Source: Opitutia bacterium | Lineage (GTDB): Bacteria; Verrucomicrobiota; Verrucomicrobiia; Opitutales; T3Sed10-336 | Direction of reading: 5' to 3' | DNA length: 64,000 nucleotides | Assembly: GCA_003566885.1 (NCBI GenBank) | Contig: PXBO01000060.1 | Location: 144-64,143, forward strand | Shown: one piece after another, positions 46,985 to 57,600 of the stretch | How the letters are laid out: each line of letters starts with the position of its first letter | Position numbering within the stretch: position 1 is the stretch's first letter | The notes under the pieces: model-generated | What the model was told of the DNA's origin: nothing | The model's input: the letters and a program-made list of their open reading frames with translations, nothing else | Databases searched by the model: none | Position numbers and translations under genes: made by a program

Positions 46985-49183
46985 ATGACGTGCGCTTTCC
47001 TAAAATACCTCCACGAGCCCAGCCTCAGGGGACGGATTCCGTTTTTTCTCCTCATCATTTTGCTGGCTTCATCTTCCAGCGCCGCCGCGGAACATTCGGT
47101 TGCCCGGCAGTGGAACGAGGAACTGCTGGATGCTATCAGGCTCGATTTTCCCGACCCTCCCAAACACGCCCGCAATCTGTTCCACACCGCAGCGGCAATG
47201 TACGGGGCCTGGGCCGCCTACGATGAGGTCGCGGTAGGCTACCTGTTCAACGAAAAGGTCGATCCGCTTCCCGCCGACGTGGACGCCGCGCGGCACGAGG
47301 CGATCAGTTACGCCGCGTACCGTGTGTTGCGCGCGCGTTTTGCCGACAGCGTGGGCGCCGAGACCGTCCTGCCGAGATTCGACGCCAAGCTCGAAGCACT
47401 TGGGTACTCACCGCAAGAGGCACAGGCGCCAGCGACAAACGACGATACCGCCGCCGAACTGGGAAAGCGGGCGGCGGATGCGATCCTCGGCTGGAGTGCG
47501 CTGGACGAATTCGACAATCCCGTACACGAGGAAAGGTATTACTCAGGTGAAGTCACCCCGAACTACGATGTTCCGCTGAGTGCCTTGGGCATGAATCATA
47601 ACTTCGTCTTCGACATGCCCATCGGGTACGGCATACCGGAGGAAACCGACCCCAATATCTGGCAACCGCTGGCAATGTCCTCCTTCATCACCCAAAACGG
47701 AATCGAATTTCCGGGAGGGATTCAGCCTTACATCGGCGCGCAGGGACTCGCCGTCACTCCTTTTTCCCTCACCCGGGACAATCCCGGGAAACCCTGGCTC
47801 GATCCGCACGGAGGCCACTCGCGTCTCAGCCTGCCCGGAAAACCCAGTCCCTCCGACCGGGAATACAAGGAGCAGGCCCTGGGCGTCCTGATTGCCAGCA
47901 GCCTCCTCAACGACGACACCCTGATCGACATTTCCCCCGGGGCGATCGGCAACAACCCGCTGGGCACGGAGGACGGCACCGGCTTTCCGGTAAATCCTGT
48001 AACTGGCGAACCCTACGAGCCGAACTGGGTGCGTCGCGGCGATTTCAACCGGGTCTTGGCCGAATACTGGGCCGATGGTCCCGACTCCGAAACGCCCCCA
48101 GGCCATTGGCACAGCCTCGCCAACGAAATCGCCGACCGGCCGGACTTCGAAAAACGCCTGGGCGGCAAGGGGCCCGTGTTGGACGACTTGGAGTGGGATA
48201 TCAAGGTGTATTTTGCGCTGTCGGCGGCGGTGCACGATGCCGCCTGCGCCGCATGGGCGCTTAAACGATACTACCTGAGCCCGCGTCCGATCACCATGAT
48301 TCGCTACATGGGCTCCAGGGGCCAGTCCTCCGACCCGGACGGGCCGTCCTATCACCCCCAGGGCCTCCCACTCCTGGACGGCGTGGTCGAGGTGATCACG
48401 GAGGAAAGCGCGGCCGAGGGCGAGCGGCATCACATGATCTGGGATCTTGGATACTGGCAGTTTACGCCCGGCACCGAATTTATCGGGGAAATCGCGGTCT
48501 ACTCCTGGCCGGGAGAACACATCGAAAACCCCACGCCGCCGGAAAAGGCCACCCACCAGAGCGAAGTCACCTGGATGCTCGCCCGGGACTGGGTTCCCTT
48601 CCAGCGCAAGAGCTTCAACACCCCGGCGTTCCCCGGTTACGTTTCCGGTCACAGCACATTCTCACGCTCGGCAGCGGAAGCCATGACCCTGCTGACCGGC
48701 AGCCCATATTTCCCCGGAGGACTCCACAGCCACACCTTCAAGCGCAACTCGATGGAGATCGATCTCGGCCCCAGCGAGGACGTGGTGCTGCAGTGGTGCA
48801 CCTACTACGACGCCGCGGACCAGGCCGGGATATCGCGCATTCATGGCGGAATCCATCCGAGCGAGGATGATTTTCCCGGCCGTGTGGTCGGCGCAAAGGT
48901 CGGCAAGTCCGCCTTTGCCCTGGCGGAAAAGTACTGGAACGGAAGGATTCTTGCAGAAGGGGTGACGGTTGCCGCCGTGCAGGAAAACGGAGTGCCGGCG
49001 CTGCGCTGGAACGGCATCCGGGGAATGTTTGAGAAAGTCCAATACTCATACGACTTGAAGACATGGCACGACACAACCGAACCCGTGCGCAATTACAATG
49101 CCCACGGAGTTTGGACGGCCCCCTCTCCGGCCGATCGAAACGTATTCTACCGGGTCGTGTGGTCCCCGGCAGCCGATTTTTAG
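46985..49183 (+). CDS. Secreted vanadium-dependent haloperoxidase-like (PAP2 superfamily) protein with the shared C-terminal domain
   Basis: SVARQWNE, KRYYLSPRP, TPAFPGYVSGHSTFS and SRIHGGIH; C-terminus QYSYDLKTW..FYRV. Confidence 0.88.
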   Translation: MTCAFLKYLHEPSLRGRIPFFLLIILLASSSSAAAEHSVARQWNEELLDAIRLDFPDPPKHARNLFHTAAAMYGAWAAYDEVAVGYLFNEKVDPLPADVDAARHEAISYAAYRVLRARFADSVGAETVLPRFDAKLEALGYSPQEAQAPATNDDTAAELGKRAADAILGWSALDEFDNPVHEERYYSGEVTPNYDVPLSALGMNHNFVFDMPIGYGIPEETDPNIWQPLAMSSFITQNGIEFPGGIQPYIGAQGLAVTPFSLTRDNPGKPWLDPHGGHSRLSLPGKPSPSDREYKEQALGVLIASSLLNDDTLIDISPGAIGNNPLGTEDGTGFPVNPVTGEPYEPNWVRRGDFNRVLAEYWADGPDSETPPGHWHSLANEIADRPDFEKRLGGKGPVLDDLEWDIKVYFALSAAVHDAACAAWALKRYYLSPRPITMIRYMGSRGQSSDPDGPSYHPQGLPLLDGVVEVITEESAAEGERHHMIWDLGYWQFTPGTEFIGEIAVYSWPGEHIENPTPPEKATHQSEVTWMLARDWVPFQRKSFNTPAFPGYVSGHSTFSRSAAEAMTLLTGSPYFPGGLHSHTFKRNSMEIDLGPSEDVVLQWCTYYDAADQAGISRIHGGIHPSEDDFPGRVVGAKVGKSAFALAEKYWNGRILAEGVTVAAVQENGVPALRWNGIRGMFEKVQYSYDLKTWHDTTEPVRNYNAHGVWTAPSPADRNVFYRVVWSPAADF

Positions 49184-49184
49184 T

Positions 49185-50504
49185 CTAACGGATATTGAAA
49201 TCTTCCATGGTGATCCGACTGCCCGGAACGCCGGCTTTGGTAAGGAAGCCGCGGAAGGAGTCCATCATTTTTTCGGGTCCGCAAACAAAGAACCCATGTT
49301 CTGAAAGCGGGCGTCCGAGGAGATCTTCGAGGTAACCGCGGTCGATGAATCCCTCATCGTCGGAAACATGGGGCACAAAGCGGAGGTTGGGCAGCTTTGC
49401 CGCCACAGCCTTGATCTCCTCCGCATAAACCAGCGCTTCCCGCGTGGGTGCGGAATAGATCAGCGTCGTGTCGCCGGAACGATTCGCGAAGGCCTGCGCA
49501 CTGATGATGCTGAGGAAAGGCGTGATTCCGATGCCGCCGCCAATCAGTACCGCGGGGGTATTTGTGCCCTTGAAAAGCGTCTCCCCAAAGTGGCCGTATG
49601 GCCCCCAAACGCGGGCGGGCTCGCCGCGTTTTATGTTGTCGACCTCCTTGGTCCAGTCACCCAACCGTTTGATGGATAGCCGGATCCGGCTGGATTCGGG
49701 CGGACTGGAAATACTGAACGGGTGCGGCTCCTCCGTCACCGCATCGGAGTCGAACGAAATGTAAAGAAACTGCCCGGCACGGAAACGCATCGGGCGCCCG
49801 ACCGGCTCGAGGAAAACCTCCGAAATGCTGTCGCCGAGATCGGACACCTCGGCAGTAACGACGTCATATTGCGGCCCGACAAACCGGTATAACAGACGAA
49901 TGTAAACATACGCCGCCAAGCCGACGGCGACCCACGCCCCATGCCACACTGTGAGCACCGGAAAGGTCATTATTTCGCCTCCCGATATGAAGGCGTGGAC
50001 GACAATGACCACCAGAAGCAGCCCGAAAAAGTCGTGTGTCCGCTTCCAACGGTGGTAGGCGATCTTCACGTATATCGAAAGCACGACCAACAACGTGAAG
50101 GCGGCCAGCGCGATTATTCCCGTGTTGCGCGTCCAGTCACCGGAAAACCACAGGTAGCGGAAAAACCCTGCTATGTCCTCTGAAAACGCCACCGCCAGAA
50201 AGACGGGGTGCAGCCAAATGAGAAAGAACGCCGCTTCTCCGACGTAGCGGTGCGCCTTGTAGACTTTGTCGAGTCCGCCGAAAAGCCACTCCACCGGACG
50301 GAAGCGAGTTGCCAGGATGAACGCCCAGCACATGAGCATGAGCGTGGTGTGGCTGCCCACCTTGGCAGGGTATTTCCATGGGTTCTCATACCAGGCGTCG
50401 GCGGCCCACAACGCACCGATCCAAAGGAGGAGCCCTATGAGCACGGTGGCGGCAATTAGACCGTATCCGGCCCGGCGACGCCTAATGGGTTCTTTTTCCG
50501 GCAT
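49185..50504 (-). CDS. Ferric reductase-like transmembrane / FAD-NAD(P)H oxidoreductase
   Basis: 6 TM helices with heme His pairs; [23 protein letters not shown] and CGP. Confidence 0.92.
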   Translation of the reverse strand: MPEKEPIRRRRAGYGLIAATVLIGLLLWIGALWAADAWYENPWKYPAKVGSHTTLMLMCWAFILATRFRPVEWLFGGLDKVYKAHRYVGEAAFFLIWLHPVFLAVAFSEDIAGFFRYLWFSGDWTRNTGIIALAAFTLLVVLSIYVKIAYHRWKRTHDFFGLLLVVIVVHAFISGGEIMTFPVLTVWHGAWVAVGLAAYVYIRLLYRFVGPQYDVVTAEVSDLGDSISEVFLEPVGRPMRFRAGQFLYISFDSDAVTEEPHPFSISSPPESSRIRLSIKRLGDWTKEVDNIKRGEPARVWGPYGHFGETLFKGTNTPAVLIGGGIGITPFLSIISAQAFANRSGDTTLIYSAPTREALVYAEEIKAVAAKLPNLRFVPHVSDDEGFIDRGYLEDLLGRPLSEHGFFVCGPEKMMDSFRGFLTKAGVPGSRITMEDFNIR

Positions 50505-50742
50505 TAATGCTCAGCCTTGCCTGCCGTGCTCGCAGGGCAACGGAAAAATTCCGCTAGCTGAGGAACGGGTCAAGAAACCCTGCCGGGAACCGTCTGCCTC
50601 AGGTGGAAGCGTCGGTTCATCGAGATTGAAAGGCTTCGCCGGTAGACGTTTTGGTTGTCATTTGAACCCAAGAAGCGCATCCTTCAACTGGAGAAGACGG
50701 GGTATCCGGCTCCAACTCTCTACGATCAAAGATTCTCATCCG

Positions 50743-51753
50743 ATGAAAGTTGCCGTATTCAGCACCAAACCTTACGACCGGCGTTTTCTCGAAGAAGCGA
50801 ACCAGCAGTACAGCCACGATCTGAGCTTTTTCGAAACCCGCTTGAACGTGGAAACCGCCCGCCTCGCCGAGGGGCATGAGGCGGTCACGGTTTTTGTTAA
50901 TGACGATTGCCGTGAGCCGGTGCTCAAAGTATTGAAAGAAGGAGGAACCCGCTGTCTGGCCCTGCGGTCGGCAGGCTTCAACCACGTCGATCTGAGCGCA
51001 GCCCTGAAGATGGGCTTTACCGTCAACCGGGTGCCGGCCTATTCCCCCCACGCGGTCGCCGAGCACACTCTGGCCCTCTGCCTGAGCCTTAATCGCCAAA
51101 TCCACCGCGCCTTCAACCGGGTTCGTGAAGGCAATTTCGCCCTTGATGGACTATTGGGGTTCGATCTGCACGGCAAAACCGTAGGCATCATAGGAACCGG
51201 TAAAATCGGAGCCATCGTTGCACACGCCTTCCTCGGTTTCGGCTGCCGGGTGCTTGCCTATGATATCCAAAGAAATCCTGATTGCGAAAAAGAAGGCGTT
51301 GAATACCTGCCGCTGCCGGAATTATTGCCTGAATCCGATGTGGTCAGTCTGCACTGTCCGCTGACCCCCGAAACCAGGCACCTGATCAACCGAGAGTCAT
51401 TAAACCGGGCGAAGATGGGCGCCATGCTGATCAACACCAGCCGCGGCGCCCTGGTCGAGACCAAAGCCGTTGTCGAAGCCCTCAAGAATGGACGCCTTGG
51501 CGCACTGGCGCTCGATGTCTACGAAGAGGAAGGCGACCTATTCTTCGAAGATCTCTCCAACGAAGTGATTCACGACGATGTTTTCATGCGGCTCCTGACT
51601 TTCCCCAATGTTCTGATTACCGGACACCAAGCCTTTTTTACCCGGGAAGCCCTGCAAAACATCACCGCCACCACCCTCGGCAATATTTCGGCCTTCGCCC
51701 GCGGAGAAACCAACGGCAACGAACTCTCCGAAGAATTCCTCGCAATTCAATAA
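50743..51753 (+). CDS. ldhA: D-lactate dehydrogenase (2-hydroxyacid dehydrogenase)
   Basis: [51 protein letters not shown] and TGHQAF. Confidence 0.93.
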   Translation: MKVAVFSTKPYDRRFLEEANQQYSHDLSFFETRLNVETARLAEGHEAVTVFVNDDCREPVLKVLKEGGTRCLALRSAGFNHVDLSAALKMGFTVNRVPAYSPHAVAEHTLALCLSLNRQIHRAFNRVREGNFALDGLLGFDLHGKTVGIIGTGKIGAIVAHAFLGFGCRVLAYDIQRNPDCEKEGVEYLPLPELLPESDVVSLHCPLTPETRHLINRESLNRAKMGAMLINTSRGALVETKAVVEALKNGRLGALALDVYEEEGDLFFEDLSNEVIHDDVFMRLLTFPNVLITGHQAFFTREALQNITATTLGNISAFARGETNGNELSEEFLAIQ

Positions 51754-52600
51754 TAAACGCTTTTCAGGCAGCACACGTACGTTCCCGCTGAACCCGGCCG
51801 GCAAGGCAGGCGGGAGCGGTGGTTGGTCGGGCCCGCCACTTAAATCATTACAGTTGGCCTTTCCAAACGTCATGCTCCTTCTCCCAACGAAGGCGTTCTC
51901 CTCGATAATGCATAATCACGGCATCGTCATCCGTCCAATACAGCCCAAAGTCGCCGTTTAGAACGAAGCCTACAAATGGATCCATTTCCTCTAATGGCCA
52001 CCCGTTCCCATAGAAGATATGGCCCCTAAATTCACCGCTAAACGAGGGACCCCAAAGACGTTTTGACTTTCGAAAAAAAACTTTTCCGTTTGCATGTTTT
52101 CAATCGTTCGATCGCTTATCTCCCTTCCAGTTTCCCGCATCGTTTCCGAACCTTTCTTGCCCGCTTCTCTTCAGGCAATCCAATACACGGTGACAAAGTC
52201 TAAAGCCTCCACTCGCAGGGTCAATGAATTCTGATTCAGGGTATAACAGTTACTTCAAACGTCACGATCATGTCCGCGGGTAATCACACCAACCCCCAGA
52301 CAGTATTCCCATTGGCGCAGATCCCGCACTTCACTCGGGTTCAGCCAGGTCATCAATGTTTCGCTCCGGACAAATTTTGTCGGTCCCCTAACCGAATTTT
52401 GATAGGTCAACCAGGTCCACGCAGTCCCAATGCCAAGGCCCAATGAACGAAATAGGCCGGTTGTATACCGGTTCCGGTCTGAAACTCCCATTCTGGCACG
52501 GTACCTGCAATATCAGGTGATCGAATCAAATGCGGCATCCACTCAGCAATGATCGCTATTGTTCATGCACAAGGAGTCCGCCACAAACCCTATAAACACC

Positions 52601-54253
52601 ATGAAACGCATAATGACCATTCTCACCGTCGTTCCTTTCTTCGTATCCACGGTGGCATTCGCCCAGGCGGACGTCGCCGGGATCGTTTCCGAGATCCAGG
52701 GAAATCCGAACGACCTGGAATCGATCGTCGCCATGGCCGTCGCGGACAATCCCAACCAAGCCTTCGAAATTGTCGGCGGCGCGCTGGAGGCGTTGCCGCA
52801 CCAAGCCGACCGTATCGTCGGCGCCTCAATCGCGGGACTTCAGGACAAAACGCCTGAGAACGTTCGGGAAATCGTCCGCCTTGCGGTGATCGCGAACCCC
52901 GCGGGGGCCGACGACATTCATAACGCCGCCGGCGCAGCCGCCCCGCAGCAAACCGCCGCAATTGAAGAGGGTCTGATCGCCGGAATGGAATCCGCAGGCC
53001 CGCGACCCCGACAACCCGGTCCCGCCGCACCCGTCTCACCCGAAGTGTTTTCACCCGAAGAGTTGGAGCGCGATTGGCCGCTGGCGGATCAATACCTCGT
53101 TGAAGGGCGCCTGGCCGAAGGGATCGCCGCCCTGCAAGCCCGGTTGGAGGAAGCTCCCGCAGACGATCAGGCGCGATTCGGGCTGGGCGTCATGCAATTT
53201 CTCCACGGCGTCGAACGGTTGGGCAACTCGCTTCACCGCTACGGGAGCGGCGGCGGGACCCTGGCGCGGGAAATGCAGATGCTCCCGATCCTTCGCATGC
53301 CGGTACCCTTGAATCCGGAACCGGAGACGATCGACGTCGAAGCATTCCGCGCAATCTTCCAGCAGTTTCACGACGACCTCGCCGCTGCCGAGGCGACGCT
53401 TGCCGGCATCGAGTCGGATGACGTTCAACTGCCGCTGCGATTCGGACGGATCCAACTCAATTTGATGGGGCCGGAAGGACACGAGCGCCAGCCGTTGTGG
53501 CGGATCTACAGTCAAATCACCGGCATGCAGGTTCGGGAACCCGAGGCGCAACAGTTCGTCATCGACTTCGACATCGGCGACGCCTATTGGCTGCGCGGTT
53601 ACTGCAACCTCCTTATGGCGACACAGCAAATGGTCCTCGCTCACGAGCTCGACGAGATCTTCGAGCGGACCGCGCACCTGCTCTTTCCCGACGTGGATAC
53701 GCCGCACACCTTTCTCCTCGAGCGGACGGCGGACGCGGGCGAGTTCGGGGGATTCGACATCCTCCCGATTCTCGACGGCATCGCAATGATCCATTTGCTG
53801 AACCTGCCGGTCGCCGAACCTGAGCGGATGCAAGCGGCGCTCGCGCACTTTGAAAACGTGATCGAGCTGAGCCGAACCAGTTGGGAACACATCCTGGCCG
53901 AAGAGGACAACCGGAACGAGTGGATCCCCAACCCGAATCAGACCGGTGTCCTGCCCGGCGTCGAAGTGACTTCGGAGATGGTCGCCGGCTGGATGCAGTT
54001 TCTCGACGAGCTCGAGTCGATCCTCGCCGGCGACACACTGGCGCCCTTCTGGAGAACCGGGCGCGAAAACGTGGGAATCAACATTCGACGCGTCTTTACA
54101 GAGCCGACCCCACTCGACATTGTGCTGTGGATCCAGGGCACCGCGGCCACCCCCTATCTTGAGGAAGGCAAGGTGACGGAGCCGGACTTCTGGTGGCGCC
54201 TGCAGGAAACATTCAACGGCCAGTTCATTGCCTACGCGATCTGGTTGAATTGA
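52601..54253 (+). CDS. Secreted helical hypothetical protein (Ala-rich N-terminal domain plus TPR-like domain)
   Basis: Signal peptide from ATG 52601 (AFA-Q), Ala-rich helical repeats, Pro linker, and C-terminal domain ending YAIWLN. Confidence 0.8.
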   Translation: MKRIMTILTVVPFFVSTVAFAQADVAGIVSEIQGNPNDLESIVAMAVADNPNQAFEIVGGALEALPHQADRIVGASIAGLQDKTPENVREIVRLAVIANPAGADDIHNAAGAAAPQQTAAIEEGLIAGMESAGPRPRQPGPAAPVSPEVFSPEELERDWPLADQYLVEGRLAEGIAALQARLEEAPADDQARFGLGVMQFLHGVERLGNSLHRYGSGGGTLAREMQMLPILRMPVPLNPEPETIDVEAFRAIFQQFHDDLAAAEATLAGIESDDVQLPLRFGRIQLNLMGPEGHERQPLWRIYSQITGMQVREPEAQQFVIDFDIGDAYWLRGYCNLLMATQQMVLAHELDEIFERTAHLLFPDVDTPHTFLLERTADAGEFGGFDILPILDGIAMIHLLNLPVAEPERMQAALAHFENVIELSRTSWEHILAEEDNRNEWIPNPNQTGVLPGVEVTSEMVAGWMQFLDELESILAGDTLAPFWRTGRENVGINIRRVFTEPTPLDIVLWIQGTAATPYLEEGKVTEPDFWWRLQETFNGQFIAYAIWLN

Positions 54254-54453
54254 GGAGATGTATCGTCAACCCAACTACAAACCAGCAGGTTATTATTCCT
54301 ATTGTTTGAATAAATTTAAACCGAATCAAGCAGACTTATGTTTCCCCTGAACGCCGCCGGATCTCCGGCACACCTGTGCCTTGATTGTTTCCGCAAGCAA
54401 TAACATCCCCGGCGGAGTCACCTGCTTTCCCGTCTATCCCGAATACCGGTCGG

Positions 54454-54615
54454 TTAAGCCTGTTGTCCTGGGCAAGGTGGCATCCGGCGTTCGCCGGATG
54501 ATGCTCAGTGGGAAATGTTCGAGCGCTGGAAACATCTTCGAACCGCAATAGTCGCCCCTGTGCCTCTCCTCGGGCGAAGGCCCGATGCCACACGAATTCC
54601 GATTACCCGGCTTAA
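54454..54615. repeat. Inverted REP doublet (GTGG family) inside TTAAGCC/GGCTTAA ends
   Basis: GTGGCATCCGGCGTTCGCCGGATGA (54477-54501) versus the reverse complement of 54567-54591, GTGGCATCGGGCCTTCGCCCGAGGA. Confidence 0.7.
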
Positions 54616-54629
54616 GCGTGCCATCCCCC

Positions 54630-57600
54630 TTATCGCAGGCGCATAACGATGCGGTAGAACATGCGGTCCGCTTCCGGGGGAACAAAGGCGACCAGCTCAA
54701 ATTCGCCTCCACCCAGGTGAGAGCCACTCTGCAGTGCGGGATGGTAAACAGCCAGATCCTCGGACTCGGCGAGAAGGAACTCAACGGCGTCCGCGTACCT
54801 CTGGGGCCAATACCAGCTCAGCCTCATATTCTCCCCGACCTCATCGATCCTCACCGCAGGCGGCCTCAAATCGGCGGGTGGAACAGACGGAACGTTGTGC
54901 GGATCGAGCGGATCGGTCCCTTCGAGGTATTGTTGCAGGAGGCTGTAGGCAGTGCCGTCCCGCGACGAAAACGGGTCCTGACCGTTGCCGCCAAAGTGAA
55001 GGCGCTCCCAGTCGTCGGGCAACAGGTTTCCGTCGTTATCCAGGCCCGTGATGAGGGGGATGGCTGTCATTTCGATGGAGATGACTTCGATTGTCTGAGG
55101 AGCGCACGACGAAGCGACATCGGAGAAGCCTTCGATCCGGAAACGACTTCCCGGCAGAAGATCGAAAGCGGCGGGCATCGGATAAGGTTGCCCCTCCGGA
55201 TCAACAAGCGCTAGGGGGGCGCCGTCGAGGGAGCGAACGATGGCGCAACCGATATGCTTTTCCGCCGGCATCTCCGCTTGCAGCACGACAATCGGGCGCG
55301 GCGAGGGAGCCTCCAGCAACGCCGTTGATCGTGCGTGCGCGGTGGAAATCTCCTCCTGCGTAAGAGCGCTCTGGTCGAGATAGGCCTGAGGCACCTCACC
55401 GGTTTCCACGAACTCCCGCAGCGCGTCGAAGGGCAGCGGAAAAACTCCCGGCGAGGCGTTGGCCAGCTTGCTGCTGATTCGATACAGGTCGAGCGCGAGC
55501 GCCCGAAGCAGGATCGTGCCGGGATCGGTCTCCTCAAGTCCCGCGCGAATGGTTTCGTAGATTTCTTTCAAGCGAAACGCGGACGCGCCGCTTTCCCCGC
55601 TCGTTTCCAGTTCGCGCAAAAGGTCAAGATTCACCGGTTCCCTGCCGGCCTCACCGGAACGGAATGGAGTCAAGGTGATTCGCGGCGAGTCGGTTTTCCC
55701 CCGGTCAGCCAGGAGCAAGCCGATCTTTCTCTCAACCAGTGCGACCAGTAACGTTTCATATGGGTCCAGAACCGCCTGAACGGCGGGGAGAGCAAAAGCC
55801 TCATAGGCCGACCGCGCGGCATCAACCCAAAGCGCGGCTTCCTCCTCCAAGCCGCGTCCTTGATAACGGTAGTCGATCTCAATCGGCGCCGGCCCGGCGA
55901 TAGGCATCAAAGCCAGCAATTCCCGGCCGATCTGTTTGTCGGGTTGCTCGGTGACGATGGGAAAGTGCTGCGGTGTCGCGGCCAGGACCAATCGTTGATC
56001 CGGTTCAAGAGGGAAATAGACAAGGCGTCCGGCGGGAGGTGCGCCGGGATCATCCGAATTTGCCGCGGACGCAACCGCAAGCCGGCTGCTTCCGGCCGCG
56101 TCGTAGCCAAACAACGGAACACCCGGCTCCACCCCGGCGAACGCGTCCGCAAAACCGTCGAAAGCCAGCGGGGTCGCTTCAAGGATAAATCCGGCGGTCA
56201 TCGTCGGCCTGACAACCGGCGACTCGTCGGGATCGGCGGGATCCGTTCCGGCCAGCAGTTCTTCGAGATCGGTAAAACCGTTGCCGGTGGAATCGGCCGG
56301 TCCCAAAGGGTCGAGGCCATAGGCGAGCTTCACAAAATCGGGAACCCCGTCGCCGTTGGAGTCCATCTGCTTCGGCGGCAGACCAAACGTGTAGGTCGCG
56401 CTCCGCACCGGGCTTTTCCCGTCTTCTCCAAACTGAGCGTAAAACTGAACGGTCGTATCGCGATAGATGAAAAAGGAGGGCGGTTCCGTCTGCCAGGCAC
56501 CGGACGTCTGCCAGGCACCGGACGGATCAATGCGGTAATAAACGGCCGATGCCCCGGGCGCTTCGATGCTCACCCGCAGCCCTCGCGAGTAGCGACCCGG
56601 TGGCGGATGAATGGTCGTATCGCCTTCCCACGCCTCGCGCGGAGAGGAGAAAGTAAACGCGGAAATGGCCGGATGGTACTGATTGACGAGGGCGTGCGCC
56701 GACCCCGCGGGCAACGGGCCCAAGAGGGTCCATGCCGGATCGGCCAGTCCCTGCAGATCGCCAAGAAAGCGCTCTGCCAGAACATCCCATTCGCCCGAAG
56801 CGATCGATGGCTGCAATGCCGCCGACCAATGGCGCACCTGCCGCGCGGCAACCAGCCCCGGCCGTGTATCGACAAAAGGCTCACGCTCGAAGAACAGAAT
56901 GTTCGCGGTGTGAAAGAACGGTCGCAGCGGGCTCAGCGATCCCGAAGCCGTTTCCAAATAAACGTTACCGTCGGATTCAAACCGGGTGTAGGTCTGCGAT
57001 ATCCCGTCCTGCCCCTGAAGCAGCACAAAGCCGTCGCCGGCCAGCGGAACCGCCCCGGTCGGCCGGCCTATCGGGGGCGGAGGGATCTCCTGAAGCAATG
57101 TCGGCTGGCCGGCCCCATGCCATTCGAAGATGGAAGACCCGCCTCCTTCAAAAATCACCAGCAGGTCCGTCTCGGCACCGTTCGGAAGCGCGATCAAATG
57201 ATCCACCGGCTGCGGAAATTGAATCCATTCCGGGGGATCGAACTCGAAGCCGCCGCCGGGATTCCTGACTTGCCGGATCTGCGCCTGGGATTCACCGGCG
57301 TCATAAAACAGAAACGTTGCGAACTCGCTGCCTCCAAAAAAACCGTGGATGTAGCGCGCCGCGGGTGAGATCTCGTCGGCCAGGAGAACCAGTTCTCCGT
57401 CGAGAGCCATTTCATATACCGAAAAACGCGTCGAGTCTCCCGCCTTCAGGACGCCGAGATAATCGGGATCTCCGTGCCGTATCCGCACCTTGTTCGGGAG
57501 GCGCCAGGCGTAATCCACTGCAATCGAACCGCCGGGGGAAAAGTCGCCGTCCGCCTGAAGCAGATGTTCCAGCCGATAAACGTCGGGGTCCGGATCGTTC

